Origin: Hydrolagus affinis
Lineage: Eukaryota
DNA length: 64,000 nucleotides
Assembly: GCA_012026655.1 (NCBI GenBank)
Contig: JAAILG010000881.1
Coordinates: forward strand, 1-64,000
Direction of reading: 5' to 3'
Shown: piece by piece, positions 1 through 12,100 of the stretch
Position numbering within the stretch: the first letter of the stretch is position 1
Layout of the letters: every line of letters starts with the position of its first letter
Position numbers and translations under genes: made by a program
The notes under the pieces: generated by a model
The model's input: the letters and a program-made list of their open reading frames with translations, nothing else
Told to the model about the DNA's origin: nothing
Database searches by the model: none

Positions 1-417
1 CTCCGATGGTGGGGCGGTTCGGGCGGGGGGCTTGGAGCAGGCCGAGTCCTGCTGAACGGAGGGTCCGGGTAGGCTTGTAGGGGGAGAGTAAAGTGGTTAA
101 ATAGGGCAGGGCAAGGCCGTGTAAGACCTTGAAGGTGAGGACGAGGATCTTGAACTCGATCCTCTGGAGAATGGGGAGCCAGTGGAGACGGGCGAGGGTG
201 GGGGTTATATGGTCGCAGAGGCGGGTGCGGGATAATACACGGGCTGCAGAGTTTTGGATGACCTGCAGTCTGTGAATGGAGGAACTGGGGAGGCCGACGA
301 GGAGAGAGTTTCCATAGTCGAGCCTCGAGGTGATATATGCGTGCACAAGTGTTTCGGCAGCGCGGGGGGTGAGGTAGTTGCGGAGCCTGGCAATATTGCG
401 CAGGTGGAAATAAGCAC
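1..417 (-). mobile_element. L2-clade LINE, C-terminal part of ORF2 (5'-truncated, runs off window start)
   Basis: Hand translation of the minus strand from 415 is uninterrupted: [43 protein letters not shown]...[10 protein letters not shown]...[28 protein letters not shown], the typical fish L2 post-RT region. CpGs are retained. Confidence 0.93.
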
Positions 418-670
418 ATAGGAAGTGAGGCAGTAGTACTTGGGTCCCGATTGCTTTCTGCATCCGGTGAATATATGCGATGAACCAACACTTGCTGCGC
501 ATGTCACACATATATACAGGGCCCAGGAAGTCGGTGGTGATGTGACAGCTGAGAAGTTGGCTATGTTTAGCTAGCAGAATTCAGTTAATCCAGAAACATA
601 TGTGATGACAGGACACCTGTCTTACCTGCCTTAGGATACACTCCTGACCTGAATGGTGCTATACAGATGT

Positions 671-775
671 AATAATAATAATAATCCTTGAATTTGATAT
701 AGAGCTTTTCAAGTCTTTTAGACGTCTGCATAGAACATACTGTAAAGTTTATGTTATTTTGTGGATGAAATTTTG
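671..775 (-). mobile_element. tRNA-SINE 3' fragment with (ATT)n tail
   Basis: (AAT)n-CCTTGAATTTGATATAGAGCTTTTC matches the reverse complement of the 3' end of the full copy at 40973-41287. Confidence 0.85.
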
Positions 776-1224
776 TAATCTTGTTGTTGATGTAAATGCA
801 ACCCCACCTTAGAAAGGTGCCACTTTATAATGGTGGGTTGGACTGTATTTTTTTAATCAGTTTATCACATCATTTTATTTATCATTTAACATTCCATTAG
901 AATTATGTATAAGCCTATCACTGACAAATTCACCAAACAGCATAACATTACAGCACAGAAGAAATTGCTTGAGTTAGCAAATGACGCAGAACAAACCTCC
1001 TGTCTATTTTAGCTGAGTTTCTATAATTATGTTAAAACCACCTCTTCTTCCATTAATTCTTCGTAGTTGGAAACTCACAGCTCAGGTCCCGAGACTGGCC
1101 TAATTCACACACGTATGATATATTGCGAGGCAGCATGCAGTAATTTATGTGAATCATTTCAATTTAAATTCATTGCAATTGTTAGATTTCCAACTTAGCT
1201 CTCCCAAAGGTTCAATGAGTTTTC

Positions 1225-1490
1225 CCAGTCAGTAGCTGAATAACCGAGCAGACGACAAAGCCTCCCAGGTTTGATCTCAGTCTGTGTAGAGTTTAGCTGA
1301 ACTCCGCCAAGATGGAAGATGAATTGATGTCAATGCTTTTTGCTGTGAGAAGGGAAAAATTAACCTCCTGATCACAAACTTCTTGTTGGAGTGGACAGGT
1401 GGGCGGGTGTGGACATAATCAGTGTTGGCTCCCTATGGTCAAATGGCTAACTGACACTCACTGTTGGGCAAGGCTCACGCAGCAAGTTTG
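1225..1490 (+). mobile_element. ancient SINE, AmnSINE2-like, degraded
   Basis: GGTTTGATCTCAGTCTGTGTAGAGTTTAGCTGA...GGGAAAAATT...CTCCTGATCAC...GACACTCACTGT...AGGCTCAC follows my recollection of that consensus; a related copy lies at 19230-19465. Confidence 0.5.
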
Positions 1491-4400
1491 AGGCTGGATA
1501 AGATTTCTCTTTTTGCAACAGTACCATCTTAAAACTGAAAAAATGAATCAGCACGACAAGACTTTTCCTTTCCCGATTTCCTTTTAATCACAGAGAAGAT
1601 TCAAAGTATTGATTTCCTAACTTGCTCAGGAAGGAATAACAAAGCAAAAGTGAAAGCCCAGCAAATATGTAATTTAAACTGAAATCCAATTTTGAGGATC
1701 CCTGACAGAGATGTCAGAGGGCAGGATTAGGTGAGTCGGAATAAGGCAGATAGAATTGAGTCAGTCATACCTCCTGGTTGCAACTCTTCATCTGTAGCCT
1801 GTGGAGTTACAGGAAAAGAAACAAAAGAAAAAAGAGATTTAGAGAATAAGTCTAGGTGACATCAAGGGTAAGATATCAAACAGGCTTCACCTAGTGATCT
1901 GCTCTATAATTAACTGTTTATGTCTTAATACAATTATCAATCGGGATTAGTACTCAAGTATTCTCATGTCGATTGAAAGTCGCTGCAGGAAAGTATCCTT
2001 GGATCTTACTAATCTGCTGGGTGAGATACTAGAATTTCATACATCTGTTTGGCCACCTGGTCCCCAGGCACTCACAGAAGCTAACCGATTAGCTGTCAAC
2101 CAAATATGTTTGTATGAATATTGTGAATATATGAATAAAAAATTGCTGATTTTTGTCGTATAAAATGAACACAGCTCCAGCCTTGTTGTGAATGCTTAAT
2201 CGCGTTACATTAAATTCAGCTCAAAGTTTTTTCTGAGGTATTCATGCATAAAGGTAGTGAGGAGGGGAAGGGTGGGGGATTGAAAGGGAACAGGTGGGAG
2301 AGGGTGGGGGGTAAATAGGTCTGCTGAGAGATAACCCTGGCCTGCTATATCCAGGACATGGGTTTCCATCCATCCCACACTGATTGTGTGAACCTCTCTT
2401 ATCTAAGAGGAGCTCCTGGAGATGGAATGGGAAATTAGTTTTGCACAGTTTGAAATCAGTTTATGGTGAACATGAATCCACAACCTCTTGTGTTTGACCA
2501 CAATTGTCAAAAGATGAAAACAAAAGACAAGTTTAAAGTCAAGAATTCCCCATATCGTCAATAGCTATTAGTTACAGGATTTCCCAATAAGTATAATGTA
2601 ATTTTGCACCAATTTTTTTTTAAAAAGACTGTGGATGAACTCTATGCATGTTAACAGCTCGCTCACCAACAGTACCCATTGTCTATGCAATGACTGGCTA
2701 CTGCAGTTGCAATATTGCCTGTGCAAGGAATTCAGTCATTCATTTGCCTCATTTGTATTCTATACAATTGCAATATCTTACATCAATACCATAAAACTGA
2801 GCTATACACTCAGAATAAAACAGTCCTCTAATAGCAAGAGAGTTCAGTTACATGCTCCCTGCCTAAAATTGTGACTAATTTTCAAAATGGTGTGTGAGAT
2901 CAAATAGTAATACTAAATACTGCGGTGAATGAATATAGCTTTTAATTTCTATATAATTTCTATATCATTCTATATAATTTCTGTCTAAATGTGTGATGAG
3001 TTTGCGGTTTAAAAACATCATCAGACTTTTGATGGTCACTTTTCCACTGATTATGTAGTCACATTTAATTTAGGTACTGTTGAGTGAACTCATTTGTGTA
3101 GCTCAAAGTTTTCTTATTATCCAGATTGAATAATAAGAAGAATAATCAGAAGACTCCAAGAGTAAAGGTAGGTGAAAGTATGAGGAAACTTTTTTTATGT
3201 TAAATGTATTCACATCAAGGGTAACCTTCCCAAGAAGATTTTCAAGTGTAAATTCATAGGTACCATGCAATCCATCCTCTACCGGCTGAATGTTATCCAT
3301 CTGAGTCATTCAGCGATTATACTATTTTATGTACACGGCAACTCTTTATTGCACAAAAATTATTGAGCGCTATATGACACTGCCAGACCAAAACGAACTG
3401 CTGTAATCTGATGTGTGTCACTGGAGCCAAGATAAAGAATTTCAGAGTTCTTCAAGTGAGTTGCAAGGTGACAAAATTTGCACTGATGAATGCTGACATA
3501 CTGAATAAAATCGCTACATGTCTTCACGTAGGTCAAGAAACTACATTGTTTTGCTGAGCCATAGTGACAGCCAGGTGACAAAGATTAATAGCTTTGTATT
3601 GACTGTGAAACTTCTAGTTCCTTATCTTTGTCAAGTCAAGGCTTTGTCCAAGAATTGAAAGTGTTATTAGACTTATAATTGCGAAGACATTTTAAGGGTT
3701 TCCCCCTTAGGGACTGCAAAATCCAATAAACCTTTCATAAAAACTCAAGCATTCAAGTGCACAACCATTGTCACACAGACAGGCTCGCTCTCAGCTATAA
3801 CATGCAGAAACCTTGAAGTTGCCTACACTGAATAATGAGTGATTTATGAAGCCAACTTTGAATTTGTATCCGCTGTTTTATTAAAAATATATGAAAGAAT
3901 GCTTTTAGTCTGAGTGAGCGCTATTCTCTCATATAGATTAAGAACTTGATGCATGCCAATTGGAAATCTTTACTTCTCATTCTATACAGTATTTCTGCTG
4001 CATGGTAAATATTTAAAAAATATACCACTTGTTCAATTCAGAATGATTTTTTTTCTCCCACAGCAGACTAAAATATTACAAAGATCGAATAGAACAAAAT
4101 CCTCTCTCTATATTTACTTAACAATGCTTCATAAACATTCAAGGATTTTGTAAATAAACAAAACATATAGTGCAGAAGTGACTAAATTAACCAATTAATT
4201 ATTTTAATAGTCCTATATGGTGGCTGCATATTAAGCAATAGAGTCAATCTGTTTATGAATTGGTTTAATTAAACTCCAATGTGGTGTTTCAGGTAAAGTC
4301 AGCCAGGAAGCTGAAATTAAAGTGAAAACTGCATTTTTTTTTCCAAAGCACAGCACCTGTCATATCTCATCTTTCCTTTATACCTTCAAAGATGAAAGTC

Positions 4401-5898
4401 ATAAAACCAGGGCTAGACAGGGTCAGGAGTCAGAGATTTGTTTGATGGGTGCTTTGTCATTGATAGCTTATTCCCTCACACAGAATTTCCTGTGCAGCAT
4501 TTAAATAAGTATGTGATAATGCTGAAAGCACTGTTCTTGATCCATGAGATGGGAATGTTGAATCTACAGCTACATTGCTGTCATCAAAATTAACTTTAAT
4601 TTAACCAAGGCTGCAACCCTACCGAGACCCTGGATGAGATATAATTGAGATATTAATGCAGTGAAATAACAAAGTATTGGCATGTAGTATTGCCAAATTA
4701 GACTAAAATGAATACTAACTTGTTTAAGCAACAGCGGTTTAACATTCAACACGGGGTTTTAATACGTAGACTCTCAGGAATGGTATTTAAAATGTACTAT
4801 TTCGTCTAATGTGGTTAAGCTGGAATCTTTGGCGTGGACAGAACTAATTCATGTTTTTATAGTTATGAGCACATCTAGTGCATGTTCATTTCCTGTTGTC
4901 TCCGTTTAGACAGAAATATATGGATCATTTTACACCAAGGGGGAAATGAAAAGAATTCTTGGCTGCAGTTGCATTTCTAGCAAGAATTCCCATCAAGCAA
5001 TATGCAAACAGTCCATTGGAAGTGATGGAAAATGCAGAAATAAGCTTTTGATTGGACAACATGGGAATAAGAAACGAGGACTCGGTTGTGCAGTCCTATG
5101 CCATGTGCTAAACTTCGAAGAAGGATATTGTTTAATGATTGAAAAGACGGTAAATGCAATTACTGGTGCTTTTTCCAACCCATTACGCATTAGGGCCATT
5201 ACATAGAAGTTATCTGCTGCCTCTTTACCTATCACGGTTATCTGTCAGGACACGTTGTTAATAGTGAGTTTGGCTTTCACGACTGTGACTAGCACGCTGC
5301 TTAAATATATGCAAAGGACTATGTGAAAAGGAACATTTGGAGGATTTCAATGAAGCAGAAAAGACACCCTATACAGTGCATAACTTAGTATATCTCAGAT
5401 ACATGAAAAGGAGATGTCAAGGGTAACGTCTGAAAGCAGCAAAACAAAGCCTGGAGCCTGCAAGATAGAGTTGGTAATATACTTGTTGTTCACTGATCGG
5501 TTGTGTGAGAGATACTATAGCTCCATTTATCTACAATGCCAACATGGAGTCACAGGAGAAAGGAAGAAAAATGAACAATACAATGTATAAGAAAGAAAGG
5601 AAAAATAATAGAAGCAAACTGAAATAGTGACAACCAGACACACAATCAAACAAAAGACAGGACAGTGGATAAGAGAGAGAAAAAATCTTATTCAATAGAA
5701 AAGTAACTCAAAAAGTATTTTTGTCATTTTTGGAAGACAGAGTTAGCAATGTCATTTAACAAACATCGCAAAGCGTTCCCAGATATGAACACTTTTTTTA
5801 ATCGCGGCTCTGAATATTAGCAAGGTGCAATTCTTTTCACTTTTAGATCTTAGGGTGTTATAGCATTGTGTGCATAAAAGTGCTTGCTTGCAACAGAA

Positions 5899-6120
5899 GC
5901 AACAACAAAATTACATTTGTATAGCACCTTTCACGTCGGGAGGACATCCCAAGGCACTGGACAGTCAATGTTTCAGACCCGAGTTGGGATCGCGATCAGT
6001 TGGATGGAGGGAAAGGGGAAGATTTGGGGTGACGATAGGACCGTCGAAGGGGAGGGTCTTGAGACGGGACTTGAAGGAGGCAAGGGTGGTGGGGGCAAGG
6101 TAGAGGGACCTGCGGATGGG
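5899..6120 (-). mobile_element. L2 LINE 3' end with (TTG)n tail
   Basis: CAACAACAAAATTACATTTGTATAGCACCTTTCACGTCGGGAGGACATCCCAAGGCACT followed by a purine-rich UTR and the GTCTTGAGACGGGACTTGAAGG motif, shared with other copies here. Confidence 0.88.
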
Positions 6121-6989
6121 AAGAGCAGAGACTTCATCTGTTCTGATTTGAGTCACAAATTTCACCTCACAACCAAGCATTTTACTTAGTGGATATTGTT
6201 TCAAGTCAGTTATGAGTTAGTACAGATGTTTTGTGATTAAGTCTCCTGACACTGGATGAAAGCCCAGAGTTCATTGATTAATAATCAATTCAAAAATCAC
6301 AATGTGTAGATGCTCAATATCCAATTGCATTTTTACTAATCCATTTTTTATGTGATTAGCATCTTTTTGGAAATATTTTGTTCAATGAATAGATTTACAG
6401 CACACATTGGTATTGTTGCTAAATATATTATTGCAAGAAATGGGGAATGGAAAATTAATGGGATTCCTACAGGTTAATCACTGAGCGTAATAAATTTTTC
6501 CCAAAGAAATATCAGGTGCTGTGATTTACGGCTATGCATAATGGTTGCTTGTTGTAATTCAATGTATTGGCTTTGCTGATGAAGTGGAGAGGGTTGATTT
6601 AATGTGAGTAAAACACTGGAAAGAGATTCAGAGCACAATTTCAGCAAGCAATAATTGGTTGCTGTGACATGATTACAAACATTAAAATTAATCTATAGTA
6701 AATTAAATATCAGAACTACAGTATTTGTCATCAATTGTGATTTCACACTTAATAGTATAGATACTTAATGGCAGCAGTGGTTGAAAATATATTTCAATGG
6801 TTGAACATACTTGAACGCATTAAAGTAAACTAGCTCACTTTCTCTTCCACTTTCAGCTTCTCACTGTGCAAAATTTATAAACATTGTGGTGAGTTGGTGT
6901 AAATTGACATTGGTTATCTCTCACTTACCTGGGGTGTGCAGTGTGATATCGGAAATGTGATTAATATATAGTAATAAAAAGAATCATAA

Positions 6990-7140
6990 GAATAACAATA
7001 ATCCTTGCATTTGATATCGCGCCTTATCATGTCATTGATACATCTCAAAGTACCTCTCAGAATATACTGTAAAGAAAATTTACTGGTACTTTGCAGGGAA
7101 AACACATGACGCATTATACATTAACATCAGCAAGTTTCCA
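6990..7140 (-). mobile_element. SINE 3' fragment
   Basis: AATAATCCTTGCATTTGATATCGCGCCTT...CATCTCAAAGTAC...ATATACTGTAAAG. Confidence 0.8.
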
Positions 7141-9459
7141 CCTAGATAGTCATTTTTTTTATAATGGCAGCTTTCTGAGGGCTGTTGGCAATAGGTGTCA
7201 ATGCATCACACCTTAGGTTTCCTCGAGGTACTGTTTTGGATGTTTGATTTGGCAGTGTGAAGCAACACTTTAATAATGTTCAGCAACTCATTTAAACAGA
7301 GTGACAGGTGCTTTCACTTGTGTGGCTTGGAAATGCAGATGAGCATTGCTGTGGGACAAAGTGTCCATATGCACGCCACGTCTCCAATACAGCGGCCAGA
7401 TTTTTCCCTTGGACAAAGATTGAAATAGACTCTAATTGATTAAAAACAAATTCTGGTTAGATGCCCCTGCAAAAAGTTAACTTTTTTTTATTGATGCACT
7501 GGTAATACTCCACAGGGATACAGAGGCTTCTGTGGTACACTAGATGCGGGAGGTCAGTGCTTTAATAAAGATAAAATTGCTTTGCCAGCGACACATCATG
7601 CCAGTCATAGACCTTTTCCTTCAAAGGACACCGCAAACGCGGCTCGACAAACTCTTCCTATACTCTGGGTTTGCACACGAAACAAATTTCTGGCAACGCT
7701 TTCGATGGTTCTTTACTTTGACTTTTCTTCGCTTTGATTTCTTTCTGCCAATATCATAGCACATTTCAAATAGAGATTATAAACGGTAAGATTCATGTTC
7801 AAGGGCAAAGCAAACAGCAAGATCTGGGGTGAACATATATTTCTAGTCTGCTGCTGCGATCAAACCCAACTTGGACAATTACACCATCTTCTCACTCGCT
7901 ATAACCACCTGTCAGTACGTTTCCACCAAGATTGTAATGCAACACTGTGGTTGAATTTTTGAGTTGTGGTGTGATTTGCCACAAGATTGTGGTTCACATG
8001 CAAACTCGTGGACTTCTCAATGGACCAACAGGCTGTTAAGAATGCTGGGCAGAGGAGTTTGGCTGTGAAAAAAAAGTTTTTAAAGTGATGGAAATCATTG
8101 AGCGTCTGGTTAGAAACAAGCAAATACATTAATTCTCAAACTTATATAGTTTGGGAAAGCAGAGGTAGCTGGAATGCAATCAGGAGCAGCAAATATTGTT
8201 GACTTCCCCCTTCCTACCCGAAACACACTACAAATAAATCTAACACCTAACAGACTTTGGCATAAATCAGCAAAGGCATCCAGAATATTAAAATGCTTCA
8301 GCTTCTTACCCAGAGACTCTGAAGCCCGCAGTACTGTAGCTAAGCACAGATAGTGAGTGAATATGGGACCCATCTGCCTCACTAACTGACTGAACAAATG
8401 TGCTGAGCCAGCAGGGAGACTCTGAATGTTTATGGCAAAGGTGGGAAATGACTGTGTACTTACTGAGTGGCATGTTCCGTTCTTCTCTTGTGTGGGAATC
8501 GAGATTATTGTTAAACCAAAATTAATCTAAATCCAAATCAGTTGGGGCCAACTTTGAGTCTGAGTCTATTTGCAGACATCCCCTCTGGAACACAGATGGA
8601 TTGGAACATCTGAGTTTGTGGTTTAAGATTTAGCAGCTTGTCCTACAGTCACTCACGTTCACTGGAATAGTAATTATATAGCAATTAAAAAAAAACTGAA
8701 ATGAATTATTGTCCAGAATGCTTTTTGAAATGCCTGTTGAATGACAATGAACCTAATAATACCTAAAACTGCATTTGAGCACTGTGCAATCCTCACTAAA
8801 TAAAATCAAAGGTCACTCAATGAACTGAGAGCTAATCTCTATGCAGTATCACGGCTGTTAAAGGTTGCTTCATGGGATGCTGCACCGCTCAATCTCTAAT
8901 AAAATACCACAAGGTGCATTTTGTTTTTAACGTACCATATGCGTGATTGATACACACACAGTCATTTTGAACATAGTCAGGAAGAGATAACATGCAGCCA
9001 CTGCCATCACTGATGATTTTGAACCTTGGGTGACTTGCAATGCTTACAGCAATAAGGGTTAGAAATGAATCCTTCGTCTCCACGTTTCACTGTAAAAGTA
9101 ATCATGTTTCATCATCTAATTGCTTTAATCATGCTGTTTATTTCGGTGCTGCCTGACAGAGTTTCTCACCTGACTAATCTTATTTAATCATACTTTATTC
9201 AGCCACTAATAAGTAAAATTTGCAAAGCAATCTAACTTTTTTTTTAGGACCTATCTGGTCATTAATTTTTCCCAGCACATTGCTCACTTTATAATCCCAG
9301 CAGCATGTAAAGAATTAAGAAAGTTTTCTGAACCTCAAGTACAAAGGTAACATCGACCTGTCAGGAGGTTGTCATTGAAGATAATTAAATACGATGCCAT
9401 GCAGTATATTAATTAAACTAGGTTAGGCTTAGTACATGAATCTATTCATTACCTTACAA

Positions 9460-10011
9460 GAACATCACATTTGTGTAGTGCTTTTTACTTTGAGAGGATG
9501 TCCCAAGGCATTGGACAGTCAGTGCTTCAGACCCAAGCTGGGGTCAGGATTGGGGAGGATGGTGGGAAGGGAGGCGGGTGAGTGACAGATGGCATGGTCA
9601 AACGGGAGTGTCTTGAGGCGGGACTTGAAGGAGGCCAGGGAGGGGACGAGGCAGAGGAACTGTAGGATGGAATTCCAAAGATTGGGGGCAGAGTGGCTGA
9701 AGGCTCACCTGCTGATAGTGGGGCGGGTGGGTCAAGGGACATGGAGCAGGCTGGAGCCTGCTGAATGGAGGGAGCAGACAGGCTAGCAGGGTGTTAGGAG
9801 CTAGCAGAGATAGGGTGGGGCAAGGCCATGGAGGGCTTTAAAGATGAGGACCAGGATCTTGAAATCCTCTGAATGATGGGTTGCCCGTGGAGTCGGGCGA
9901 AAATGGAGGTGATAGGGTCATGGAGCTTGGTGCGGGAGAGTACAAGGGCTGCAGAGTTCTGGATGATCTGCAGCCTGTGGAGGGAACTGTTGGGAAGGCT
10001 GACAGGCAGGG
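9460..10011 (-). mobile_element. L2 LINE 3' portion (ORF2 end plus 3' UTR), degraded
   Basis: L2 tail at 9460-9520 and homology to 1-417 (GATGAGGACCAGGATCTTGAA, GGGCTGCAGAGTTCTGGATGATCTGCAG). Confidence 0.9.
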
Positions 10012-10385
10012 CAACAACAACAACAACTTTGATTTATATAGCGCCCTCCACGGAGGATTCAGGGGACAAGGAGGAGGCCAGACCAGGTGGAGCAAAAGCA
10101 ACGGGTGCTGGTTTGAGGAGAGCGGAGGTCGGAGAGGTAGTGGGGTGCAGAGGAGTGGAGGGATTTGAAAACAAGGGTGAGGATCTTGAAATTGATCCTC
10201 TCCGGGACAGGGAACAATAAGTCTGGCAAGGACTGGGGTAATAGGGGCGCGAAGTTTGGTGCGGGTGAGAATGTGGGTGGCAGAGTTTTGAATGAGTTGG
10301 ATTTTATGGATTGTGGTGGAGAGGAGACCAGCAAGGAGGGCATTGGAATAGTCCAGCCGTGAGGTGACAAAGGTGTGGACCAGGG
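10012..10385 (-). mobile_element. second L2 copy with a different 3' tail, abutting the first
   Basis: (CAA)5-CTTTGATTTATATAGCGCCCTCC tail; ORF track gives [20 protein letters not shown]...KIQLIQNSA and [16 protein letters not shown] in different frames. Confidence 0.9.
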
Positions 10386-10626
10386 GCAATTGATGGTCCA
10401 TTTCTAGCATCAATTGCAACATTTCAGGGTCATTTTTAATAAGCGGACTTTTATTCCTAGCCGAAACTGAAATATTATTTCCAGAATTAAAGTTACTGTT
10501 AGTACTGATGACTAGTACTTTATTTTTCAGGTACCGTAATATACGTTTGGAGCATTTTAATATTCTGGATGCCTTTGTTTATTTATGTCAAAGTATTTAG
10601 GGTGTTGAGTTTATTTGTAGTTTTTT

Positions 10627-10710
10627 GGGGGATGTGGGTGACACTGTCAGGACCAGAATGTATTCCATCCCTTGTGAGAAGGTGGTGGTGCTCTTCTCTT
10701 TAAATCAGTG
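10627..10710 (-). mobile_element. CR1-type LINE 3' end fragment
   Basis: GGGATGTGGGTGACACTG...CCATCCCTTGTGAGAAGGTGGTGGTG resembles the recalled chondrichthyan CR1 3' end in reverse. Confidence 0.55.
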
Positions 10711-10713
10711 CTG

Positions 10714-10763
10714 AATAATAATAATAATAATCACAATCATAATCATCATCATCATAATCATAA
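10714..10763. repeat. compound (AAT)n/(ATC)n microsatellite
   Basis: Seen directly. Confidence 0.9.
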
Positions 10764-11252
10764 TAAACCAAACTTTTCCGAGATCTGTTTTTTCTTCCAC
10801 TCCGTTTTGCAAGCGGAGTGCTGATGCTAATGAGTGAAATATTATCTGCAAAGAAATTTTGGATTTGGTCTCTTTTATCAAGGCCCTATTAAAGGTGTGC
10901 GCCAACAATAGATTTAGATTCCAACATTTACTGTCCATTTTATATAATTTTCTAGCCATTACCTAATTGTACACCAATTGCCCCTCATCTTTTAAACTGC
11001 CATCCAATGCCTTTCACAACATTTTGATACATCTGAAGTGTTGTGCCTATTTCATGGTTGGTATCGGTATTTGATTTCCACACATGTAGTAGATCTACCC
11101 TATGAGGCACTATCTGTTTCAAAGAAGTAGACAATTAATGATCTTGCACCCATCGATATCCTTCCAAGCACCAATTCATAGCAGCTTCTGTGAGTAAATG
11201 TCAAACTACCACAGATCCTCTCATATCAATCTAAAGCTATTATGAATGCTTC

Positions 11253-11321
11253 CAGTGGCTTGAGACGTCCTCCAAACGTGAAAAGCGCTACACAGGACAA
11301 ATGTAATTTATTATTGTTGTT
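11253..11321 (+). mobile_element. L2 3' tail only
   Basis: TTGAGACGTCCTCCAAACGTGAAAAGCGCTA...AAATGTAATTTT...TTGTTGTT. Confidence 0.8.
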
Positions 11322-11947
11322 CAGCCAGAGACATAGATCAGTCAGTGATGAGCTTTTCGTGTCTATCTAATGATAGAAAGCAAGCTAAACAAAACTCTAA
11401 CAGAATAACATATAGCCTGAGTTCCATTTATGGTGTATTAAAAGAAAAAAAAATGGTCTTGTATTGCCTGAAAAAATAAGAACTTCTGAATCTAGGGAAT
11501 GACAACAGGGAATGTATAATCCTGCTGCTGGGAAACAAGGGAATGTTTTAACTGGTGAACTATAGGAACTCCAGCTGAAAGATCTGATTCTTTACTGAAC
11601 ACCACCTTGACCAAAGGCATATTTAATTGTTTAAAGCAATTCTTTTAGTTCATGGAAAAGGGGGCTATTTCCTTTCAGTTTCTGACAGCCACTCTTGAGG
11701 AGGGGCAGAGAAATGGAAAGGGCCTTTTACATCAATTCCACAAATCATGAACTTACCTAATGGCTGGTCAATGGGATATGGCCTCAAACACATACTGTTG
11801 TGCCACACTGAAGCACTGTGTTCACACAAGGTTTTAATCAAATAGAAATAATGTCAAGAAGAGGAGTAATGTACAGTATATAATTACATGACCTGCTAGT
11901 TGGTAATTTATCAGAGTTAAACATTTAAAACTTTACAAGAGATTAAA

Positions 11948-12100
11948 CAATAAATAATAATAGTAATCCTTGCATTTAATGTAGCGCCTCACCACATCAT
12001 TGAAACATTGCAAGGCACTTCATGGGATTTACTGTAAAGAGCTGTGATAGCCTAGTTATATGCCCACAACAGAATTCATCCAACAAATGACAAGCCAATA
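11948..12100 (-). mobile_element. SINE 3' fragment
   Basis: AATAATAGTAATCCTTGCATTTAATGTAGCGCCT...GATTTACTGTAAAG...CCCACAACAG. Confidence 0.75.

Noticed and set aside
4740-4760. miR-181-like AACATTCAAC
   Set aside because: Only 10 nt match, and the rest differs from the mature miRNA.
4981-5149. Plus-strand exon-like segment (TTTCTAG|...ACG|GTAAAT)
   Set aside because: Weak donor, Cys-scattered unrecognised peptide and no partner exons.
9838-10422. Longest ORF (194 aa) as a host gene
   Set aside because: It is a frameshifted read-through of two L2 fragments.
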